A stretch of 64,000 nucleotides of DNA, taken from NCBI GenBank assembly GCA_022711115.1, contig JAKLFP010000006.1, positions 86,214-150,213 of the forward strand, given 5' to 3'. The notes under the pieces were generated by a model. The model had not been told where the DNA came from, searched no databases, and was given only the letters and a program-made list of their open reading frames with translations. The position numbers were made by a program, and so were the translations under genes. The stretch is from Candidatus Omnitrophota bacterium (GTDB lineage: Bacteria > Omnitrophota > Omnitrophia > Omnitrophales > Aquincolibacteriaceae). Below are positions 31,901-43,900 of the stretch, piece by piece (within the stretch, counting starts at the first letter, position 1; each line of letters opens with the position of its first letter).

Positions 31901-34900
31901 GACGTTTCAAAACTAATCTCATCAATCCTCATCTTCACCTGGAACATAAGCCGATACACAGCATCCCGGACCTCAGAAGGCGTACGTGCAAACACCTCCA
32001 TAGACTTGGATTCTGCTAATGTTTCCGAAACCTTTTTTGGGCTAATTTTCTCTGAAACAGTCATCACGTCGATCTTCTGCCCGATTTGAAACTCGGGTTT
32101 AGGCGCGACAGTCGGTTGAAGTGTGAGCGTGATCTCGCCTTTGTTGTTCTCGGCAGTCAATAAGAACCATCCGTATATTTCTTGGTGGGATGGCACATTC
32201 GCGAAAAAGTCGTTGCCCGTATCGTTCCAAAATGCTGAGGATTGAATCCGGCGACCTGCGCTTTGATAAATAACTTCAATGGCGTGGTCCCGCGCGATAT
32301 TCCACCGATCACCGATTTGGCGCAATGCGTCGGAAATCCGGTCAAATGTCAGCGGTTCAGAGGTCCACGTGTCTTTAGACGGAGCATAAGAAACGCTTAC
32401 AATGCGGTTCGCGTTATAACCGGTTGAACCGGCTTTCTCTTGGATATAAAGCGTCCCGCCTATCAATGCCTCGAATTTTCCTTCGTAAACAGTTCCATCC
32501 TGCATGGAAAGCTTCAACATCGTCCCCAAAGCGACATTTCCCGCTTGAGCATCCGTTTTAAATTGCGCGAACGGGACTTTGGCAAGCAACGTTTCCGCTA
32601 TGTTTTTGGCCATCCCTTCCGGCTTTGGTTGCTCTTCACCGCGCACTTCCGAGCGTTTGGAATCCACATAGGTTAGTGAGGGAGAGAGACGATCATCGGC
32701 AAAATGCAGCCAAAAAATTTCGCCTTTCTGAATAAGAATATCTCGCCATTCCATCGGACGGCTATAAGCATAACGCTGGCCTTTGCTAGAAACCTCTGCA
32801 CCGACCAGGGCCTTATCACTGAGCGAACGAAGACGGATAAGAGATTCCATCAGATCCGCGAGAGACGATTTCTTTAACGCCTTGACTTTTATGAGTGCTT
32901 CCGAGCCATGGATTATCTGGACAGCCTGCTGCGAAGCGCTAAGCCCGGAACCCGGACTCACTAGGCTTCTCAATTCCGAGCGGGACTCGGCGATGAGGAA
33001 GGAATCGCCGGCTCCGGCAATTTCGAAAGTTTTCAAATCCGGATTCAGAAAAGAGCGCCGGAACGCTTCGCCCAAGGACATCCGTCCCGCACTATCCAAT
33101 TCAATAAAAATGGCCCTGCGATGAATTTGATCCATATAGTCTCTTGCCGCAACCGGATCTTGAGGCGTTGTTTGCTCAACCATTTGCTGCCATGCTGTCG
33201 AAGGATAAACCCGCAAGGCTTTGCCTGCCTTTTCCGATACAGCGATAAGTTGAGTCTCCTCTCCTAACATGGTTCGGAAAGGTGCGGGAAGTTGGATCCT
33301 ATTTTTATCATCCACCTTGAAGGTATAAGAGCTGGTGAAGATCACCGGCGCCCGCACTTCAGAGCGGGAAATCACGGGTAAGAGACCTTTATATTTAAGA
33401 TCAGGTCTTTGTATGCCAAGAGAAAAATTTGAACTGCCATCCGCGTACCGGATCACCCATGGTTTTTCGGTTTTGCTTTGGGCTTCCAGCAGTTCAGAAA
33501 GCGATGGTAACTTCACCGGTTGGCCGTTCTTGAACCATTCCAAAACTCGGTTTTGCTGCGACGTATAGCCCAATTTTTTTGCTAGGGTCTCGCGAAGCGC
33601 TTGGGAATCCATGAACTTCATGGGCCAAGGAGCTTTAAGATCAGGCGGGAACCTTGGATTGGTGCGAATCCCGTATACTTGTTTAATTTCACCATCCTGG
33701 GTGATAAAAATTGCCTGGAGAGGGAAACGGCCGTCAAAGCTGCTTCGTAATTGGTCACCGTCAAAAAACCTGGTTTTAAACCGGCCAAAGTGAACGGAAA
33801 TGTTTTTGGCGCCGGTCCGATAAACGAGTTCATGGTCAGGTCCAAGATAAAATCCTTCGAATTCCGGGCTTCTCGGGTCCTGCGTTCCGTTGAACGCGAC
33901 AACTCCCTGCTCAACCGGCTGCTGATACTTCTGCGCCAAATCGAACAGGATTTGTTCTCCTTCAAAATAAGTGACATACGGATCAAGCGCCTGCGCGAGG
34001 TCCCTGTCCCCGAAAAGATTGCCGACGATTTTGACCGTAACGGGTTGCACTGCCTTTGCCCCTTCCGCTTGAGCAAGGCTGATGATCTCGATGCTGTTCG
34101 GATCCTTCGCAGGTTTAAAATCCACGCCCTCGATCAAATAAAGTTTGTCGCGCCAGGCCTGAAGCTGGCTAATCAATTCATTGATAGTGATCTGCGGTCC
34201 GGTTAATGGTTTCAACGTAATCCTCGATTGCCCGATCTGTATCCACCTTGTCGGGCTCGTCACGGACCGGCTGTAAAGAACTTGGGTTTCCGGTAACGCA
34301 ATGGCCGGTTCGGGTTTCTGTTCAACGGGTTCTGTTTTCTTGACTTCTTCTACAGGGGCTTGCGCTGTCTGAACCGGGGTCTTGGGAGAAGCAAATCCCT
34401 GCCGTTGCTGAGCCGCTTTCTCACGGAGTTCTTGCTCTTTCTGAGCTACTTTTGACACCCTGACATCCCACTGCCCGCTACGGCGGGCGTCGTCTTTATT
34501 CATTCGCACTTCAGAGCGGGAGGTAAGCTCGACAATTTGGACGGTAAGTCTTTTCATTTTCTCTTCAGCGGAAGTATTGAGTAATCGATAGGCCGTAAAC
34601 GGTCCCGCAAGCATTTCCGTCACTTCTTGAAAGCCATATTGCCTGACCTTCGGAATAGCGTAATTGAATTCCACAACCGTGACAGTTTGAGAAGCGCTAT
34701 CGACTTTAGCGATCACTCTTTTCCATGAAATGGAGCCGAGATTGGAATTGTCGATGCGCCAATCCTTAGAGATCAACACGCTATTTTCTAAAGTATCGAA
34801 GTCCCCTGCCGAGGTTTGAGAAGTGATCCTGCCGCTTGCCGTATTATTTTCAAGGAGCTTCAGAAGATCGCCATACGGGATGAATCTAACTTCCCCTTCC

Positions 34901-37900
34901 GCTTGCGAAATAACAAGATAAGATTTGTATGCGTCGTGTTCTTGTTCTGCGACAAAAAAGCTAAGATCGCCTGTGGTTTCATCTTTTTGGAAGTCAAGGA
35001 TCCGTTTCCCGGCAAGGAATGTTTCGATTTCTTTTTGAAGTTCCGCGGCAGAACGCCCATTCGCGGCCTCAAATTCAACCTGCCGTTCACCTTGCTTCAC
35101 GATTAATTTTTGTCCGGATTGTTCAATGATAATTGCCGGCGGCGCTGAGTAAGGCCCACCCCACGGAATGCGTCCTTTTCGGGACAGGCTGCGTACTTCC
35201 GAGCGCAACGCAGGTTTTTCCTGCGGTAATTTTCCCAAAACCGCTCTGGCCGCATCATGAACAAGGCTTTTTCCTTTTTCATCAAGACGATTTCCTGAAA
35301 CAAGCTGCTGGACAACATTGGTCACACGGGCATTTACAAAATCGATGAGATCCTGGACCGTCAAACCTGAAAATTCATAATAGGCCGGTTTGCTTTTGGC
35401 CTGCAAGGCGGCTTCATCCGTTTTTGTGATTTCGATGCCGAATCTTTCTTCGAGAGACTGCATCAGACTCATTTCATCCAGGGAATCCATGCCGAGATCT
35501 TCTACTAACCGATCCGTCAGACGAATTTCTTCCTCGATCGCGGGAGGTAAAACCTCTTTTAAAATATCGATGACCTCTTGATCAATATTTTCACTCACCG
35601 TTCCCCGCATTTCCGAGCGACTGGCCTTTCTTCTTTCATTGATGGCGTGCTGAAAGGCATTCGAAAGTATTTTGTAGGGATTTTGCGAATAAAAATAATT
35701 TTGCCACAACCAATGCGCCAGACCTGAAATCCCGATAAAAATCATGCTAAACGCAACCACGCGGGGGATCTGTTCCTCCGCCGGCAAGAAGAATGTTGCC
35801 GTCCCGATAAGAGGAAATATAATCCCCACCAGGACCTTCATAAAAGCACTGCTCCGTCGGAATTGGAGTTCAGCAAGAAAAGAGGTGGGGTTACCGTTTT
35901 CCGCTTTTTTGTAATTGTCGGCATATCGGTTTTTCATTTTTTCCCACAATTGTTCTAAGCGGTCTAAGGTTATCCGGTTTTTACTATTTGATCGGAGATA
36001 TGCTCTGACCGATTCATCAAGAGAGCGCAATTCAGACCTTGCTTCCGTAAAGAGAACAGGATTGATTAAGTCATGGCTTAAATTAAGGGCATCATATTTC
36101 AAAGCTTTTTTTTGCTGTAAAAGTTGAATGCTTTTTGAAGGAATAGTTCGAAACTCAATACGATCAAACTCTGGGACTGTTTCTGTCCTGACGTTTTTGG
36201 TCGGTTTGATGCCCATGGAAGATATCCAGCCTTCAAAGGTTGTTTCCCCTGCTTCTTCCTGAAAGAAGTAAAAACGAAGTTTGAACGGCCCTTGAACAAT
36301 GTCCTCGGGTCCCAATTCGCGGGACCGGATGGTCCCGGCAGCCCCCGCTAACCATGAAAACCACACAAGATGGGAAAATTGTGTCCTTGGCAAATGTTCG
36401 TGGTGGGAATTATAAAGTTTATCGGGAAGTGCGAGATAGTGCTGTACCGCCTTACGGTTCTTAAACAACGTGATCATAAGACCTAAGGATCCTTGCTCAT
36501 CACCTTCAAAGTCATGGGCATCCAACCGAAGCTCCCGCTCCCATCCGATGCCTCCATTTCTCATATTCCAAACAAGCGGTTGGTGGACCAGATCCGACAG
36601 TTTGAATAAAGGTCCCTGAACAGCCCGTACTTCGGAACGAGTTTCCAGCTTCCTTGGCATAAAGAAATTTCCCGCATCGTCCTTCGAATCCCCCATAGAA
36701 AGCTGCTCGATGCCTTTAAAAACTTCGGCAAAAAACTTTTTTGCTTCGGCCTGTCTTATAGATTTTGAAGCGATAGAAAATTCCACTGTGATATCACGGC
36801 CATAGCTATTCAGCATCGCCTGCGTGTGATAGTTCAAGCCTAAAAGGGTCATCTCGTCCCACGACAAAAGATTAAATCTCTGTCCGTCGCTGCGAATAAT
36901 GGCTGCTTGAAAACTCTTGTCTTGAACAAGATATTTTCTTTCGAGAAGATGTTTGGTTCTGGCGGTAGGCGCCGTGTGAAGCCCGAGAGCGTTTCCGATG
37001 CTGTATTTCTTTGCCGCGATCCAGCGATCTCCTATTTTTGTCAGCTTAAAATCAGTTTTTCTTAATTCGGAGCGCTGATCGTTCATGTAATTCGGCTTGC
37101 GGGTCACCGGAAAAGCAGGCTCGGCGGTTTTTCGGGCATATGCAAGCAGGTATTTCTGCATTTTTTCGTATTTTGTACCGACGTTGATCGGGCCTTCGAT
37201 CCCACGGATGGGCTCCGTCAGTGTGAATCCCGCGGCCCGAAGAAGTGTTTCGAAATAACTCGGCGTGACAGTAAAGACCCAGCCATTGAGAAGTCGATCG
37301 CCGCTTAATTTTTGATTTTTAGGCTTGAAGATATTTCCCCCCGGGGCCCATCGGACAAAAAGAGGCGCGTCTTTTTCGAGAAGGTCCCTGAGCGAAAGTA
37401 ATGCGTTTAGCTGTTCTTCGGGCGAAAAATAAAGGAGCACATCGCTGATAAAAATCCCTCCGAAAGTTTTCCCGTTGAAATCAGCCGTTCGGAAATCGGC
37501 GGTCATGAACCTGTCTTTAGACATGTCCCCGAAAGAGGGATCTTCGAGAGCGGCTTTGATAAGCGACGGCGAGATGTCCGTTCCCCAAAGGTCGGTAAAT
37601 CCCTGTTCCTTAAATTTCTTGAGCGCCCTTCCGATGCCCATACCCACATCAAGAATGCTTTTATCCTTGCCGGCCATCAACGCCAGGAACTGATCGATCG
37701 TTTCTTGATGCGGAGAAACGTTCCAATCGCGGAGCTTATGGCGTTCAAAATCAAGGGAGAATTCATCATCCGTCCAGTACCGGACATTGCTGATCGCCGG
37801 GTCGGGGGGTGATTTTCTGAAGGTTTCTACCGCCGCCTGGAATTCCGGAGAAGTTTCCATCAGCGTTGCCAAAACCCGGGCAAATTCCGGATGATGTCTT

Positions 37901-40900
37901 ATCTCGGAACGTTTTGGGGAAGCTGGGACTGCGGAAGATACAGGCAGCAACGGTATGAGCGGCTCATAATAATGTGGCGCCGGATTGTAGTAAGAAGAAA
38001 CGTCTTCTGTTTCTTGTGCGCGTAATTCATTGCGCGGTGGAGCAATGTAGATACCGTCAAAAACAAGTTTGCCAACCAGATTGGTCCCGGCGTATTCTCT
38101 TTTTACAATAAAATCTATCTGGGCAATGCCACCATCTAAATACAGTATTGGCACCTCTACTATTTGATTTGCATATACCCTGGGAATGTCTCTCCCATCA
38201 CTTCCATGCAGTTGTATTCTAAACTGGCTGGGCACATTAATTGTTTCAGCGCCAACATGAAGTCTCAGTATAGTATTAGTCGGCCAACTTGCCAGTGATA
38301 CGTAATTAATTTTCGCCCATGCCCCTTCCCAGTTGCCTTGCCTAAAATCAAAATTAATTGTCCATTTACCCCCTGAGATACTTTCAGTCACTCCGCTCCA
38401 AAGAATGCCATGACTGGTAACTAACGGGATCAGGGATATGTTTCCTGAGGCACTAAAAAATTCCTTCTCGAGCTCTGTGGAATTCAAAGGGCGGGTAAAG
38501 GATGCGTCTCCGTTTTTGCCGGGAACATTCGTAAGGACTGCGGAGGATCCCGTAAAATTAGCCGGATAAGTTCGTATGTCATAAGCGTTGTAATTGGTGG
38601 GGCCGGTAATATTCATCGTGACTTGATTTGTCGCAGGTCCTTTTCTGATCGACATCAGTATATTCGTCATCTGTGCCAGCGCGCTTTGCGCCTGAAGTCC
38701 GAGCACGAGCAGGCCGGTTATGACAAGTTTTGAGATCGCGCTCATCCGTACTTCAGAGCGGCCGGCGTTATTGTTGTCGTTCAGTATCTCCAGTAGTTTT
38801 AGAATGTTTGGCTGAAGAATATCTTCTGTTGAAACATACTTCCGAAGAATGGTTTCGACTTGAGCAACCCGTAAGGTCCTTTGAGCCGCTAAATCCCGTA
38901 TATCTCCGTAAAGAACACTTGCAACGCCCCCCAACCCAAAAGCAATAAGGAATGCTACTGCGCCAAATCCGAAAAGACCGATGCTCCCTATTCCTAAAGC
39001 CAACGCGAAAAGCTTATGACGTTTTAATTGGGATTCTGTTTTAAAGGAAAGCTCATTCATCCAAAACGTATATAAAACGGCTATCTGGGCAAAATCAACC
39101 TGCGCCTCCTCACCCTCCATTTGAGCCCATTTGTATATACTTTCCGCGATCTTATTCCATTCTTCTTCTTGATAAATCGTAAGCCGTTGTTTTACCCATT
39201 GAAGATCGACTTTCTCAATTGGTTTACGGGAAGCCGCCATAGATAGAATGTCATCAATAGCGCGCAAGGAATAAGGATGCGAAATTCTTCCTTTTTTGAT
39301 TGATTCGTTTAAAAAATTGATCCCCTTAAAAACTTCGGTTCTTCTTTCATCTATGAGAGGGGAAACTTCACCTGCAGGGAATGCCTCTCCACGCACCTCG
39401 GAACGTTTTTGAGAAACAGGAACTGTGGCAGGCATGAGTGATAGCCGATGACCGCTCCGGTTATAAATCACTCCATTGAGTGTTAGTGTTTGATCGTCAT
39501 TAAAATGGACGCTCTCAAGAGGAGCCTCTAAGGTTGCCCATTGGATTCCTAAATTGGGATAAGGATTGAACATGTCTATCAGATGGATCCCCGCCAAGTA
39601 ATTAGTCATACCTCCGGCGCGGACCCATTCTCCCCAAACTACCACCTTGCCATCCGGCGAAACATCCCAAACATTAGGAACCAATCCGCGATCTTCCGCT
39701 GAATCATGTAACTTAAACGTTCTCCAGGTATGCGAGCGCGGGTTTCGAAGATCAACCATTTGAAGCGTTTGAATGCCAGAGGGTAAACCTGGACCTACTT
39801 GCACCCATGTTCTAAGCTCAAAATCAGGATTGGAAGTAGCCCGGATAAAAGGTGTTGGCGAATATTGAATCAGTGGAAAAACCTGATCTGTTTTGACACG
39901 ATAAAAAGCCTCAGCCCAGTAAGGCGTCATATTCACTACGGTTTGGGTTGCTCCCACAATGCCGGCCTGTGCCGTGAACCAAGTCCCGGAAGCAAGATTG
40001 GTCGAGATCTGAACCCAGTAAGTACGGTTGGTGGAACTTTTAAAACCCATGCCCATGACTGAACCATTTTTTACAAAAGAAATTATTTCGACCAGATTCG
40101 TCATCTGTGCCAGCGCGCTTTGAGCCTGAAGTCCGAGCACAAGAAATCCAAGCAAGGCAATCTTGGAAATCGTCTTGGCGCGCATTTCGGAACGTGTCTT
40201 TGAATGATAAGTTCCGGGCAAATGATAAGTACCGGGTAATAGCTTTATATAAGTTTGCTGCCCCGGAGAAATAAAAGCCAGTTTCTCATCAAGTTTCGCC
40301 GTCACATCCACTATGTTTTCTTGCAAATTCCATGATGAGATAGCCTTAACAGTAAACAAAGGCCCTTCAGATTTCCAGGAGGGCGCACTCATCATCACAA
40401 ATCCCATCGCACTAAACGCTTCTATCGCATCCTTTTCGAATTCAGCCCTGGAATACGAACGGGCCGTCCGCGCCTCGGAACGCCGGATTCCGTTGCGGTC
40501 ATACGTCCTGTTGCCATTCAGAGTGATGGTTCCGTTTTCATTGAAGCGGATTGATTGCAACGGATCCGGAAGATCAAGAAAGATTCTTTGCTTGGTAGCT
40601 GGTTTATAAAAAACAGCACGATTGCCTAAGATTCCATAGACAACAATGACTCCATCCTGGGAAACATCCCATGGGAAAGCTGAAATACGCGCATAGTAAG
40701 CGTCATCAGAAATGATTGTCCATGTTCGATTACGCAAATTCATCATGTCAAAAAAGATATCCCATGATGTTCCCCCTGTCGTCCGCGGATCAATTCGAAA
40801 AGCGAAATCAGGGTTGGATGGGGCTCGGGTCCAACTAACAATAGATCCGGGTGATGAAGGCACAGCATACAAAGAACCGGCTTGTATTTTAAGAAACCCT

Positions 40901-43900
40901 TTCCCGGTAAAAGATCCGAACAACTGAACAGATGTTTGTGGGGTGCTAATGAAACCCGCCCAGGCAAAATTCCATGTGGGATTTGCCGTAAGATTCGTTG
41001 CAGTTAAAACGCGATGTGCGATATTGGTCCCGAAATTCGTTTCGCTGAGAAATCGTAGCCAAAGATTTGTCGGCGAGTAAGCAAACGAAGTGATCACCGG
41101 CGGGTTTATCTGCGGGATTGCGGGATACCCGATAGCACGGAAAAATCTCTGGCTTGGATTTAGAGCCAATCGATTTAAATAGAGGGCGACAGAATCCACA
41201 TAAGATTCTCGGCCGTAACCGCTGCCCATTACGTCAACTGACGTAACCGTATCGCCTTCCGCAAGTCCGAGCTCCTGAACCGTAAAAGTTCGGGTCACCC
41301 ACTGATTCTGCGGAACTAAAACAAAATTGGTATTGCTGGCTGAATTTTCATCATGCCTGTAATTAAAGTACCTGGCTACCTGATAGGCCGAGCCGTTGTT
41401 TCTCAAGCCATTCAATCGGAAATAAACTGGCGCTTCCCTCCCCGAACCGTCTCCAGTAAGTGGGGCTGAAACAATTTTGAAAGTTATATCAAATCGGCTG
41501 AAATTACTCAGCGTAATCGGTGTGTTATATTCCTGCATCATAAAACGGCCTTCACCGTAATCGGGAGGACGTGACAGGCTAACAACTCCTGTGCGTCCAT
41601 CGTAAGAAGAAAAATATCTGGGAACAGTTTCCGCATTAGTCGAATATGGGACCCAACTGTCTGGCAGGCTATTGGTAGATGATCTTTGAAGAAAATCCCC
41701 ATTGACGACCCCATCAACCACATCCGACGGAACCGTAAAGGTATAAGAAGCTGAACCATTCGTTGCCGCAACATTGGCAAAATGAAGAAAATTTGTGGCT
41801 GTCCCGTTGAAAAGCCGCTCAGCGCTTTGGATCTCATAGGTTTTGTTGGTCGCCGGCCCCGTGATGCCCAGCGTGAATTGATTGGTCGCAGGCCCTTTTC
41901 TGATCGACATCAATATGTTCTGCGCCCATCCTCCGACAGAGGACAGCATCAGGCCAATAAGAGCGGTAATCGCTAATTTGCCCCGCACTTCGGAGCGAGG
42001 TGCGACCGGAGCTGCGGAAGAAGTAGGCGGAGATTCTATTAGCGGCTCATAATAATGCGGCGTCGGGTTGTAGTAAGAAGAAACGTCTTCCGTTCCTTGT
42101 GCGCGCAATTCGTTGCGGCGTGGTGCGACATAGATGCCATCAAACACAATCCTCCCGACCATGTTGGTTCCCGCGTCTCTTTTGTCCAGAACAAAAGCAA
42201 GCTCGTTATGCGCAGTTGGCTTAAGCGGCAACTCTATAATCTGTCCCGCTTGTGGATTATGAACCCCTAGAATTTGCGTATTGGGCTTAAATTCGATTTT
42301 GATATAGGTCGGCAGATTTGTCGTACCGGCGCCAAAATGCAGCCTCAAAACCCTGTCGGCGGGAATGTACATTATATCTCCATACTTCAATCTCCCCCAC
42401 GCGCCGACTAAGCTGCTAATGTTAAAATCAAAGTCGATTGTCCATTTTTTGTCCGCTGAAATTCTCTCGACCACACCTGTCCAAATGATGCCATGGTAAT
42501 AAAATAACGGAATCCACGAGACATTCCCTACGGCACTAAAAAATTCGTGGTCTAATTGGCTCGAATTTAAAGGATGGACATAGGAGGCAATTCCACCCGT
42601 TGCGCGAATATTTGTTAAAACCATGGGTGAGCCTACGAAATTAGGGGGATAAGTTCGCAGATCATAAGCATTGTAACTTTTAGGACCAGTAATGTTCATC
42701 GTGACTTGATTTGTCGCAGGTCCTTTTCTGATCGACATCAAGATATTCGTCGCCTGCGCTAGCGCGCTTTGAACTTGAAGCCCGAGCGCAAGCAGTCCGG
42801 CCATGGCGAGTTTCGAAACCACTCCAACCCGCACTTCGAAGCGGGCGAAAGAAGTGATGAGTTGGCGGACTTCCCTGTGAACGGCAGGAGCCCCTAAAAG
42901 AGCTGAGAGGTTAAAGCGCGGAGAATTGACTTTTTTAAGATTGATATTGTCAAAACGCATCGGAAAGATTGGATCACCGTTCTCAAGAGTCGCTTCTCCA
43001 CCGGCCTTCAAGACCAGAAACGCTCCCTGAACAATATCCCAGATTGACGGAGTGGGTTTCATGTAAAAGATCTCAGGGTCTCCTTGGTTATAAACACCGC
43101 TTGAAATGACGCGCCCGATATTGATAAACCCGGATTCTCCTTTATTGAAGATCACTGAACGAGCCGCCGCCTGAACGGCCGCATAGTAAGGCGCCGGAGA
43201 AACTCCGGCTTTATCGGATTGATAAATAGCAACCCTGGCATTTGCAAGGGTACCGGCTGCAGGATCGATCCAAACGGGTTTTCCGTTCAATAAAACTCCG
43301 GGCCGATCCCGGGTGGCGGTCCACATCGAGCTGCCTGTTCCGTCAACATCGTATTCGGGAGCAAAAATAACTGAAAGGACCGGCATGCCGTCTTCAAGCA
43401 GAAGAAGCGCGGTATCATAGCCTTTCTTTTTTGTCTCATAAGCTTTAGTGCCATCAATAGGGTCCACGATCCAGACATGCTTCGCTTTCTTGGCATTCTC
43501 GATCAGCTGCCTGTTCGCTTCCAGATCGGCATCGTCCTGAGAAAAATTTTCTTCACCGAGGACCACAGAATCAGGCACGATCCTGGGAAGTTCAAGATTG
43601 AAGAGATTCTGAATGTCTCGATCAGCCTTTGTTTGCCCTGAGTTGTCACTTTTGACGACGCGATCCAGATCGGAAGACTGAAGGGCTTTTCGCATAATTT
43701 CACCGGCTTGTCTGGCTAGGCTTTCAACTTCACTCAGCGCTTTTTGAACTTCGCCCGGTGTTAAATCCCGCATTTCGGAACGAGATTTTGGTTTTCCGAG
43801 ACGGACGAAAAATTTATGATCCATGTGACCAATGGCGGTTGTCCGTGCTACCGGACGATCTCGATAAGTCTCATCGATCTTGTGCACCCGCAAACCTTTG

